Shown here: positions 1 through 7,646 of the stretch, one piece after another
How positions within the stretch are numbered: the stretch's first letter is position 1
Layout: each line of letters begins with the position of its first letter
Made by a program: the position numbers and the translations under genes
Notes under the pieces: generated by a model
The model's database searches: none
What the model was told of the DNA's origin: nothing
Seen by the model: the letters and a program-made list of their open reading frames with translations, nothing else
IMG/VR virus record: IMGVR_UViG_2585427758_000006
DNA length: 20,920 nt
From: a virus
Taxonomy: Duplodnaviria > Heunggongvirae > Uroviricota > Caudoviricetes
Reading direction: 5' to 3' (one strand)

Positions 1-129
1 CCCGGTACGCACCAGAAAATCATTGATATGGCCATGAATGGCGTTGGATGCCGGGCAACAGCCCGCATTATGGGCGTTGGCCTCAACACGATTTTACGTC
101 ACTTAAAAAACTCAGGCCGCAGTCGGTAA
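1..129 (+). CDS. insA: IS1 InsA, C-terminal part (truncated by window start)
   Basis: Frame from position 1 reads ...[33 protein letters not shown], stop TAA at 127-129, matching the InsA C-terminus. Confidence 0.8.
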
Positions 130-551
130 CCTCGCGCATACAGCCGGGCAGTGACGTCATCGTCTGCGCGGAAATGGACGAACAGTGGGGCTATGTCGGG
201 GCTAAATCGCGCCAGCGCTGGCTGTTTTACGCGTATGACAGGCTCCGGAAGACGGTTGTTGCGCACGTATTCGGTGAACGCACTATGGCGACGCTGGGGC
301 GTCTTATGAGCCTGCTGTCACCCTTTGACGTGGTGATATGGATGACGGATGGCTGGCCGCTGTATGAATCCCGCCTGAAGGGAAAGCTGCACGTAATCAG
401 CAAGCGATATACGCAGCGAATTGAGCGGCATAACCTGAATCTGAGGCAGCACCTGGCACGGCTGGGACGGAAGTCGCTGTCGTTCTCAAAATCGGTGGAG
501 CTGCATGACAAAGTCATCGGGCATTATCTGAACATAAAACACTATCAATAA
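48..551 (+). CDS. insB: IS1 transposase InsB (normally expressed as InsAB' by -1 frameshift at the A6C motif)
   Basis: 167-aa [30 protein letters not shown]...HYLNIKHYQ recognised as the standard IS1 InsB sequence. Confidence 0.9.
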
Positions 552-566
552 GTTGGAGTCATTACC

Positions 567-818
567 CCCCGACAGTTGGTTAAGGCATTACCACAATATC
601 CGGCCTATGCAGCGGCAAATTATATAAAGGGACGGGTTGATGTGAGGTTTGATATTGGTGCTGATGGTACTGTCACCCGAATTGAGTTTATTCGTTCAGA
701 GCCGCACCATCTGTTTGATGAGCAGGTTGTAAAGGCGATGGCAAAATGGCGATTTGAGAAGGACAGGCCGTGTAAAGGCGTGAAGAAAACGTTTATCTTT
801 AGTCCTTCTGCACCCTGA
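567..818 (+). pseudogene. TonB C-terminal-domain protein, 3' fragment; 5' part separated by the IS1 insertion
   Basis: Open frame begins immediately at the IS1 end with no native start. Translation ...ALPQYPAYAAANYIKGRVDVRFDIGADGTVTRIEFIRSEPHHLFDEQVVKAMAKWRFEKD... aligns by eye with the E. coli TonB C-terminal domain (PQYPARAQALRIEGQVKVKFDV...MFEREVKNAMRRWRYE). Confidence 0.55.
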
Positions 819-949
819 TTATTTCATCAGAAATTAATTATCACTCTGTTGTTATTCTGTACATCCCGGCAGGGTAAGTCTTGTTCTGTCGGATATGAAG
901 ATGAAATATTGTTGGAGGACAGTGGGTACCTGCTCCTGTAACCGAACGT

Positions 950-1150
950 TCATTTCTCGTTATTTGTCATGCTGGCCGGGCGCAGATGCGTTGCATCTGT
1001 TGCCAGCCTTCTCCTGCAGGCTTCAATAACCCACGCTGAAAAGTTACCGGACCCTTTATGCTCAAGGGCGATGTTGATCTGTTCAATCATGTGATTGGGG
1101 AAACGGATATTGCGGGTTGTGGTTCTGCGGGTACGGTTTTTCGATGACAT
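950..1150 (-). CDS. Small DUF3950 / YlcI-like prophage protein
   Basis: Minus-strand ORF; likely start at the internal Met giving MSSKNRTRRTTTRNIRFPNHMIEQINIALEHKGSGNFSAWVIEACRRRL..., which matches my recollection of the DLP12 YlcI family. The 86-aa ORF in the track probably overextends the N-terminus. Confidence 0.55.
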   Translation of the reverse strand: MSSKNRTRRTTTRNIRFPNHMIEQINIALEHKGSGNFSAWVIEACRRRLATDATHLRPASMTNNEK

Positions 1151-1191
1151 ATTTATTTCCTTTACTGATTGCCATATGACGGGGATTTTAC

Positions 1192-1557
1192 ATGGCTGAG
1201 CTTCGTACACTCCAGAGCAGAATCAAAACACTGAATACCCGACGGGTGAATATTCTGAAGGGTGAACAGCGTCGTGTCAGTGGCAGTGCACGTGTTTCCC
1301 TCAAGCGTCATATCTGGCTCAGGGACGCCGGGCAGTGCCGTCTCTGTGGTCGTGTGGTTGACCTCTGTGACAGTGAACTCGATCACCGAATTGCACTTCA
1401 GTTCGGTGGTGGTAATGAGGAGACGAATCTCTGGACGCTCTGTACCGAATGCCATCGACAAAAGTCTGCTCGTGAAGCGGCGAGTGATATGCCGGACCCG
1501 ACGCTGCCGGAGGTGTCCGGAGGTAGTGGCAGAGAGGACGACATCATCGGACTGTAA
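1192..1557 (+). CDS. Phage HNH endonuclease (packaging-associated)
   Basis: HNH motif CRLCGRVVDLCDSELDHRIALQFGGGNEETNLWTLCTECHRQK; sits directly upstream of the cos/terminase region as in HK97-like phages. Confidence 0.85.
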   Translation: MAELRTLQSRIKTLNTRRVNILKGEQRRVSGSARVSLKRHIWLRDAGQCRLCGRVVDLCDSELDHRIALQFGGGNEETNLWTLCTECHRQKSAREAASDMPDPTLPEVSGGSGREDDIIGL

Positions 1558-1647
1558 CCCGACCCCGGGGGGGTATCATCCGGCGTAAAAAACGATCGCT
1601 TTGGACACCGCGCCCCCTCTCACGCAGAGAAAAAATTCCTGTTTCAG

Positions 1648-1778
1648 GGCAGTTAACATGTTAACTGGCTGCCCGGGCATTTTTGCGGTTTTTATCTTTA
1701 TTATTCAGTTTGTTGTGCGAAAAAAATGTTAACTGGCTTTTTCAGCAAATGTTAACCAGGCAGCAGTTAACATTTGCG
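1648..1778. promoter_or_regulatory. Putative cosB-like terminase recognition region: four GTTAAC-core repeats plus an AT-rich possible IHF bend
   Basis: Palindrome GTTAACATGTTAAC at 1652-1665; ATGTTAACTGGC repeated at 1658-1669 and 1726-1737; inverted pair AAATGTTAAC (1748-1757) / GTTAACATTT (1765-1774); AT-rich tract 1680-1720. Located about 70-200 bp upstream of the terminase small subunit. Confidence 0.45.
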
Positions 1779-1847
1779 GCATGAGACGCCGGGAAAAATG
1801 GGCTGAACCATACCCGGCTGAGTGCGTTCTGGACCCGGGAGGAGGCT

Positions 1848-2411
1848 GTGCTGACAACGCAAAAACGAAAATTTGCGCTGGCGCTCATGTCCGGGAAAAA
1901 CAAAACAGCGTCAGCCATTGCCGCCGGTTATTCGGCGAAGACAGCCAGGGTTAAAGGCTCGCAGCTGGCAAAAGATCCGGAGGTGCTCGCGTTTATAGCC
2001 CGTAAACAGTGCGAGACGGTGGAGGTGGATGAGGTTCCTGTTTACCGGCAGAAAAAATCAGAGCAGGAGGATAAACCCCGTCGCCGTGAGGCGGCTGCAA
2101 TACCACAGCCGGACGAAACAAATCCGGAGATGCCACCGTCCGCGGTGATGTCTCCTGGTATTGAATATATGGAGGATGGTCTTCCCGATCCGGTGAAAGC
2201 CATGGGGCGGATCCTGGTGGAAAACCTCTGCATTGATCCGAAACTGGCACTGGATGCGGCCTGGCGTCTGGCGCAGTTCACGCACCATAAAAAAGGGGAT
2301 ACCGGGAAAAAATCGGCAAAAGGTGACGCCGCGAAAAAAGCGGCTAACCGTTTTGCGGTGCCACCACCACCCCGCCTGGTGGTGAATAATGATAATGAGG
2401 GCAACGGATGA
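1848..2411 (+). CDS. Terminase small subunit (P27-like family)
   Basis: GTG start at 1848 with GGAGG 5-9 nt upstream; N-terminus MLTTQKRKFALALMSGKNKTASAIAAGYSAKTARVKGSQLAKDPEV is typical of small terminase; stop overlaps the large-subunit start (ATGA). Confidence 0.8.
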   Translation: MLTTQKRKFALALMSGKNKTASAIAAGYSAKTARVKGSQLAKDPEVLAFIARKQCETVEVDEVPVYRQKKSEQEDKPRRREAAAIPQPDETNPEMPPSAVMSPGIEYMEDGLPDPVKAMGRILVENLCIDPKLALDAAWRLAQFTHHKKGDTGKKSAKGDAAKKAANRFAVPPPPRLVVNNDNEGNG

Positions 2412-4069
2412 TACCTGTGTGGAGCACGGCCTGCCCGGACTGGGCAGAGCGCCTGAAAAAGGGGCTGTCGATTATTCCGGCTCCGATTTATCCGGAGCAG
2501 GCCGCACATGCCCTGGCGATTTTTAAACAACTGCGGATTGTGGATGCACCGGGCAGCCCGACGTTCGGGGAGTCCTGCGCACATTGGGTGTTTGACCTGG
2601 TGGCGGCCCTGTTTGGCTCCTACGATGCGCAGACCGGTGTACGCCATATCAAGGAAGTTTTTATCCTTATCCCCAAGAAAAACAGCAAGTCCACGCTGGC
2701 TGCCGGGATCATGATGACGGCGCTGTTACTGAACTGGCGGCAGGCGGCGGGCTACACCATTCTGGCCCCGACCGTGGAGGTGGCGGCTAACGCCTTCAAC
2801 CCTGCCAGGGATATGGTACGACGGGACGATGATCTGGATGACCTCTGTCAGGTGCAGACACATATCCGGACCATCACCCACAGGGTGACGGACACCACCC
2901 TTAAGGTGGTGGCTGCCGATCCGAATACGGTATCCGGTATCAAGTCCGTGGGGACGCTGATTGATGAACTGTGGTTATTTGGCAAGCAGTACAAAGCGGA
3001 GGACATGTTACGTGAAGCCATAGGCGGCCTTGCCTCCCGCCCGGAAGGGTTTGTGGTGTATACGACCACCCAGTCGAATGAGCCGCCAGCCGGGGTGTTC
3101 AGACAGAAACTGCAGTACGCCCGGGATGTCCGTGACGGCAAAATTCATGATCCGCACTTTCTGCCGGTGATATTTGAACACCCTCCTGAAATGGTGGAAA
3201 GCGGGGCTCACCTGCTGATGGAAAACCTCGCCATGGTCAATCCGAATCTCGGCTATTCAGTGGATGAGGCCTTTCTGTACCGGGAGTACCGTAAAGCCCG
3301 GGAAGCCGGTGAAGAGACATTCCGGGGGTTCATGTCAAAACACGCCAATGTGGAAATTGGTCTTGCCCTGCGCTCTGACCGCTGGGCGGGGGCTGATTTC
3401 TGGGAAGAGCAGGGCCGTTGTATCAGCCTGGACGATATCCTGCGTCGTGCTGATGTGGTGACGGTGGGGATTGACGGCGGAGGGCTGGATGATCTGCTGG
3501 GGATGTATGTGATTGGGCGTGACCGGGAGACCCGCGAATGGCTGGGCTGGGGCCATGCCTGGGCGCATGAAACCGCGGTGGTCCGACGGAAGAGCGAGGC
3601 GTCCCGGTTTCAGGATCTTGTTGCCTGTGGAGATATGACCATTGTCCGGCGTGTCGGGGATGACACGGCGGAAGTGGCGGAATATGTGCGTCGCATTCAT
3701 GAGGCTGAGTTACTGGACCATATCGGTATTGACCCGTCAGGGGTGGGGCAGATTCTGGATTCACTGGCGGAAGCCGGGATCCCCGACGGAATTGTGGTGG
3801 GGATAAGCCAGGGCTGGAAACTGGGCGGGGCCATTAAAACCACCGAGCGCAAACTGGCTGAAGGGGTGCTGGTGCATGGTGACCAGCCCCTGATGGCCTG
3901 GTGTGTCGGCAATGCCCGGGTGGAGCCTAAAGGTAACGCCATTCTTATCACCAAACAGGCCAGCGGACGGGGAAAAATTGACCCGCTGATGGCGCTGTTC
4001 AATGCGGTCTCCCTGATGTCCCTTAACCCGGAACCGAAAAAGAAAGAATATGCGGTTTTTTTCATATAA
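2408..4069 (+). CDS. Terminase large subunit
   Basis: 553-aa ORF translationally coupled to the small subunit, in the size and position expected for TerL; the family assignment is by recall of prophage TerL sequences, without a motif check. Confidence 0.9.
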   Translation: MIPVWSTACPDWAERLKKGLSIIPAPIYPEQAAHALAIFKQLRIVDAPGSPTFGESCAHWVFDLVAALFGSYDAQTGVRHIKEVFILIPKKNSKSTLAAGIMMTALLLNWRQAAGYTILAPTVEVAANAFNPARDMVRRDDDLDDLCQVQTHIRTITHRVTDTTLKVVAADPNTVSGIKSVGTLIDELWLFGKQYKAEDMLREAIGGLASRPEGFVVYTTTQSNEPPAGVFRQKLQYARDVRDGKIHDPHFLPVIFEHPPEMVESGAHLLMENLAMVNPNLGYSVDEAFLYREYRKAREAGEETFRGFMSKHANVEIGLALRSDRWAGADFWEEQGRCISLDDILRRADVVTVGIDGGGLDDLLGMYVIGRDRETREWLGWGHAWAHETAVVRRKSEASRFQDLVACGDMTIVRRVGDDTAEVAEYVRRIHEAELLDHIGIDPSGVGQILDSLAEAGIPDGIVVGISQGWKLGGAIKTTERKLAEGVLVHGDQPLMAWCVGNARVEPKGNAILITKQASGRGKIDPLMALFNAVSLMSLNPEPKKKEYAVFFI

Positions 4070-4094
4070 CCCTGTTCACACTGTAACCATCACG

Positions 4095-4117
4095 AACCGC
4101 TGCGGCGGTTTTTTTAT
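4095..4117 (+). terminator. Intrinsic-terminator-like hairpin between terL and the capsid gene
   Basis: AACCGC-tgcg-GCGGTT stem-loop followed by a T7-8 run, immediately upstream of the caggagg RBS of the next gene. Confidence 0.5.
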
Positions 4118-4132
4118 TTTCAGGAGGCTGAT

Positions 4133-6070
4133 GTGACTCTTAAACGGGCCTGTTCCCTGCTGACGGTGAAATCCTTCAGTGAGGATGAACGGGTGATCAC
4201 CGGGATTGCGTCAACGCCTTCTCCGGATCGGGATGGTGACATCCTGGAGCCGGAGGGCGCGGAGTTTGGCAGTGCGATCCCGTTTCTCTGGCAGCATGAC
4301 CATTCCCGCCCGGTGGGGCAGTGTACGGTACGCCGGGTCAGCGAAGGGCTGGAAATCACGGCAACACTGGTGAAGCCCGTACCGGATATGCCGTCGCAAC
4401 TGGCTGCCCGGCTGGATGAGGTCTGGGCGGCCATTAAGACCGGGCTGGTCAGGGGGCTGTCCGTGGGCTTCCGTCCCCATGAATACACCTTTCTGGACGG
4501 AGGCGGACTGCATTTTCTGCGCTGGGAACTGATGGAGGTGTCTGCCGTCACCGTGCCCGCGAATGCGGAATGCACCATCCGGACCATTAAATCTTACGAC
4601 CGCCCGTTTTCTGCCGCGTCCGGCAACCGGAAACCGGTGGTGAAAATCGCATCTTCTGCCGGCGCTGCGGCACAGTCAACAACCGTTTTTCATAAGGAAA
4701 AGACCATAATGAATATTGGCGAACAGATTAAAAGTTTTGAAAACAAGCGTGCAGCGCTGGCAGCCTCCCTTGAGGAGGTCATGACCAAAGCCGCAGAGGA
4801 AGGGCGCACGCTGGATGTGGAGGAGGAAGAGCACTACGACAACACCGCAGCGGAAATCCGTCAGGTGGATGCGCACCTGAAGCGCCTGCGTGAACTGGAA
4901 ACCAGTAAGGCCGCCACGGCACAGCCGGTGAAACAGGCCGGTAACGGGAATGTGGCCGCGGTGGCTTCTGCGCCGGTGATCCGTGTGGAGCAGAAACTGG
5001 ATAAGGGGATTGGCTTCGCCCGCTTTGCCAAATCGCTGGCTGCGGCTAAAGGCGTCCGATCTGAAGCCCTGGAAGTGGCCCGTCGTCAGTATCCGGATGA
5101 CAGTCGTCTGCATCATGTCCTGAAATCGGCAGTGGGCGCGGGGACCACCACGGATCCGCAGTGGGCAGGCAGCCTGTCTGAATATCAGGAATACGCACAG
5201 GACTTTATTGATTACCTGCGTCCGCAGACCATTATCGGGCGATTTGGTCAGGGCGGGATCCCTGCACTTCGTCAGGTGCCGTTCAATATCCGTGTGCACG
5301 CCCAGGTGTCCGGCGGTGCTGCCGGCTGGGTGGGTGAGGGTAAGGCCAGACCCCTGACGAAGTTTGATTTTGAATCCATCACCTTCAGTCATGCGAAAGT
5401 GTCGGCCATTGCGGTACTGACGGAAGAATTGATCCGTTTTTCCAGTCCGGCTGCTGATGCACTGGTCCGTAATGCGCTGGCGGAAGCGGTGGTGGCGCGT
5501 CTGGATACAGACTTTGTGGACCCGAAAAAAGCCGCAGTGGCAGATGTCTCCCCGGCGTCCATCACCCATGATGTGAAGGGCACGGCATCAACCGGTAACC
5601 CGGATGCGGATGCAGAGGCGGCGTTTGGCCAGTTTGTGGCAGCAAACCTGCAGCCCACCGGTGCGGTCTGGCTGATGTCCAGCACCAATGCCCTGGCACT
5701 GTCCATGCGTAAAAATGCGCTGGGTCAGAAGGAATACCCGGACATGACCCTGCTGGGTGGCTCCTTCCAGGGGCTGCCGGTGATTGTCTCCCAGTACGTG
5801 GGTGACCAGCTGGTGCTGGTGAATGCCCCGGATATTTATCTGGCGGATGACGGCGGCGTGGCAGTGGATATGTCCCGCGAGGCATCACTGGAAATGCAGT
5901 CTGAGCCGGGCGGCGACAGTACCACGCCGTCCCCGGTGGAGCTGGTTTCCATGTTCCAGACAGGCAGCGTGGCCATCCGTGCGGAGCGCTGGATCAACTG
6001 GCGTCGTCGCCGTACCGCGGCGGTGGCGGTGATCACCGGAGTGAACTACGGCAGTGCGTCCGGCGGCTGA
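4133..6070 (+). CDS. HK97-family prohead protease fused in frame to major capsid protein
   Basis: GTG start at 4133 with caggagg RBS. N-terminal ~170 aa carry HK97 prohead-protease signatures (...GIASTPSPDRDGDILEP...WQHDHSRPVGQ...GLSVGF...MEVSAVTVPAN); C-terminal ~450 aa resemble an HK97-fold capsid protein with a coiled-coil delta domain. Confidence 0.85.
   Translation: MTLKRACSLLTVKSFSEDERVITGIASTPSPDRDGDILEPEGAEFGSAIPFLWQHDHSRPVGQCTVRRVSEGLEITATLVKPVPDMPSQLAARLDEVWAAIKTGLVRGLSVGFRPHEYTFLDGGGLHFLRWELMEVSAVTVPANAECTIRTIKSYDRPFSAASGNRKPVVKIASSAGAAAQSTTVFHKEKTIMNIGEQIKSFENKRAALAASLEEVMTKAAEEGRTLDVEEEEHYDNTAAEIRQVDAHLKRLRELETSKAATAQPVKQAGNGNVAAVASAPVIRVEQKLDKGIGFARFAKSLAAAKGVRSEALEVARRQYPDDSRLHHVLKSAVGAGTTTDPQWAGSLSEYQEYAQDFIDYLRPQTIIGRFGQGGIPALRQVPFNIRVHAQVSGGAAGWVGEGKARPLTKFDFESITFSHAKVSAIAVLTEELIRFSSPAADALVRNALAEAVVARLDTDFVDPKKAAVADVSPASITHDVKGTASTGNPDADAEAAFGQFVAANLQPTGAVWLMSSTNALALSMRKNALGQKEYPDMTLLGGSFQGLPVIVSQYVGDQLVLVNAPDIYLADDGGVAVDMSREASLEMQSEPGGDSTTPSPVELVSMFQTGSVAIRAERWINWRRRRTAAVAVITGVNYGSASGG
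4709..6070 (+). CDS. Possible internally initiated major capsid protein (delta domain plus capsid), in frame within the protease-capsid ORF
   Basis: In-frame ATG at 4709 preceded by aaggaa at 4694-4699; the product MNIGEQIKSFENKRAALAASLEE... would begin at the start of the coiled-coil region. Analogous to the lambda C/Nu3 in-frame arrangement. Confidence 0.35.
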   Translation: MNIGEQIKSFENKRAALAASLEEVMTKAAEEGRTLDVEEEEHYDNTAAEIRQVDAHLKRLRELETSKAATAQPVKQAGNGNVAAVASAPVIRVEQKLDKGIGFARFAKSLAAAKGVRSEALEVARRQYPDDSRLHHVLKSAVGAGTTTDPQWAGSLSEYQEYAQDFIDYLRPQTIIGRFGQGGIPALRQVPFNIRVHAQVSGGAAGWVGEGKARPLTKFDFESITFSHAKVSAIAVLTEELIRFSSPAADALVRNALAEAVVARLDTDFVDPKKAAVADVSPASITHDVKGTASTGNPDADAEAAFGQFVAANLQPTGAVWLMSSTNALALSMRKNALGQKEYPDMTLLGGSFQGLPVIVSQYVGDQLVLVNAPDIYLADDGGVAVDMSREASLEMQSEPGGDSTTPSPVELVSMFQTGSVAIRAERWINWRRRRTAAVAVITGVNYGSASGG

Positions 6071-6114
6071 GTCTGATGAGGAGGACGGGAGGCGTGCGCC
6101 TCCCGTAACAGGTT

Positions 6115-6336
6115 ATGGCAAAGATCCGATATCTGCAGGGCACGCATGATGCCCGGGCCGGGGATATCCGTGATGTGGCACAGCCGTGTGCGGAGGTGCT
6201 GGTTCGCCTGGGGAAGGCGGAGTACATCACAGTGCGACGTCCGGCAGGTCAGAAAAAGAAACGTGATGCGGAGCATGGCGAATGTGGAACCTTTTGCGGC
6301 GAACCCGAAAAAACCAGAAATCAGGACGTGATGTAA
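6115..6336 (+). CDS. Hypothetical small protein between capsid and portal genes
   Basis: 73-aa ORF with a weak RBS that overlaps the annotated portal start by 55 nt in another frame; no recognisable family. May not be expressed. Confidence 0.2.
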   Translation: MAKIRYLQGTHDARAGDIRDVAQPCAEVLVRLGKAEYITVRRPAGQKKKRDAEHGECGTFCGEPEKTRNQDVM

Positions 6337-7646
6337 AAGAGGTGGGCTGGACCAGCCTGTTTCAGGCGGTGGCTGAGCCCTTTGCTGGCGCCTGGCAGCA
6401 GGGTGTGAAAGCCGATCCGGAAAGTGTCCTCTCCTTTCATGCGGTGTTTTCTTGCATTTCGCTGATATCCCAGGATATCGCCAAAATGCGGCTGCGCCTG
6501 ATGCAGACGGATACACAGGGGATCCGCTGTGAAAAACGGCAGGGGGATATTGCCCGTCTCTGTCGTCGTCCCAATGCACAGCAGAATCGTATCCAGTTTT
6601 TTGAACTGTGGCTGAACGCCAAACTGCGTCACGGCAATACGGTGGTGCTGAAAATCCGTAACTCCCGGGGGCAGATCAAAGAACTGCGTATTCTGGACTG
6701 GAGCCGGGTTGAACCTCTGGTGGCGGATGACGGCGAGGTGTTCTATCGCATCACGCCGGACCGGAACTGCGGGATCACGGAGGCGGTGACGGTGCCTGCC
6801 CGGGAAGTGATCCACGACCGGTTTAACTGTTTTTTTCATCCGCTTGTGGGGCTGCCGCCGGTGTATGCCGCCGGGCTGGCGGCCACGCAGGGGCATCATA
6901 TTCAGGAAAATTCGACGTCTTTTTTCAGAAATGGCGGCAGGCCGTCCGGGGTGATTGAGATCCCCGGCAGTATTACGGAAGAAAATGCGAAAAAACTGAA
7001 GAGCAACTGGGACAGCGGGTATACAGGCGAAAATGCGGGGAAAACGGCCATTCTGAGCAACGGGGCAAAATACAACCCCACGACGTTTTCACCGGTGGAT
7101 GCGCAGACGGTGGAACAACTGAAGATGACCGCTGAAATTGTCTGTTCGGTGTTCCGTGTCCCGGCCTACAAGATTGGCGTTGGCCAGCCACCTTCCAGTG
7201 ACAACGTGGAGGCGCTGGAGCAGCAGTATTATTCCCAGTGCCTGCAGACGCTGATTGAGTCCATTGAACTGTTACTGGATGAGGCGCTGGAAACGGGGGA
7301 AAACGAGAGTACGGAGTTTGACGTCACCACGCTGCTGAGAATGGACAGCGAACGGCGCATGAAAACGCTGGGTGAGTCGGTGAAAAATACGCTTCTCACG
7401 CCCAATGAGGCCCGTAAACGTGAGAACCTGCCGCCCCTTGCGGGAGGTGATGCACTGTATCTTCAGCAGCAGAACTACAGTCTGGAGGCGCTGTCCCGTC
7501 GTGATGCCCGTGAAGATCCGTTCGCGTCGACCGGGAAAACGGCCTTAGCGCAACCGCCTGACGGCGCATCTGACGGTAATAAGGCAATCACTGAAACAGA
7601 GCATGGTGCGGTGAAGGCGATGTTCAGGGGGATTCTGAAAAAATGA
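6282..7646 (+). CDS. Portal protein (HK97-like family)
   Basis: 454-aa ORF with portal-like segments (...FSCISLISQDIAKMRLRL..., ...GVIEIPGSITEENAKKLKSNWDSGYTGENAGKTAILSNGAKY..., ...LKMTAEIVCSVFRVPAYKIG...). The exact start is uncertain. Confidence 0.85.
   Translation: MWNLLRRTRKNQKSGRDVKEVGWTSLFQAVAEPFAGAWQQGVKADPESVLSFHAVFSCISLISQDIAKMRLRLMQTDTQGIRCEKRQGDIARLCRRPNAQQNRIQFFELWLNAKLRHGNTVVLKIRNSRGQIKELRILDWSRVEPLVADDGEVFYRITPDRNCGITEAVTVPAREVIHDRFNCFFHPLVGLPPVYAAGLAATQGHHIQENSTSFFRNGGRPSGVIEIPGSITEENAKKLKSNWDSGYTGENAGKTAILSNGAKYNPTTFSPVDAQTVEQLKMTAEIVCSVFRVPAYKIGVGQPPSSDNVEALEQQYYSQCLQTLIESIELLLDEALETGENESTEFDVTTLLRMDSERRMKTLGESVKNTLLTPNEARKRENLPPLAGGDALYLQQQNYSLEALSRRDAREDPFASTGKTALAQPPDGASDGNKAITETEHGAVKAMFRGILKK

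Larger units (their letters stand above)
1..566 (+). mobile_element. IS1 insertion sequence, 3' portion (5' end lies outside the window)
   Basis: Canonical IS1 layout: insA C-terminus followed by the insB' frame; A6C -1 frameshift motif ttAAAAAAC at about 102-111; right terminal sequence ...aagttggagtcattacc ends at 566. Confidence 0.9.

Noticed and set aside
1262-1588. 108-aa + strand ORF overlapping the HNH gene in another frame
   Set aside because: Fully overlaps the HNH endonuclease, which has a clear catalytic motif; no independent support.
2042-2647. 201-aa minus-strand ORF across the terS/terL junction
   Set aside because: Antisense to two translationally coupled terminase genes; Arg-rich, no start context.
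4676-5569. 297-aa minus-strand ORF inside the capsid gene
   Set aside because: Antisense to a confidently assigned HK97-type capsid gene; Arg/Cys/His-rich translation typical of spurious antisense ORFs in GC-rich coding DNA.
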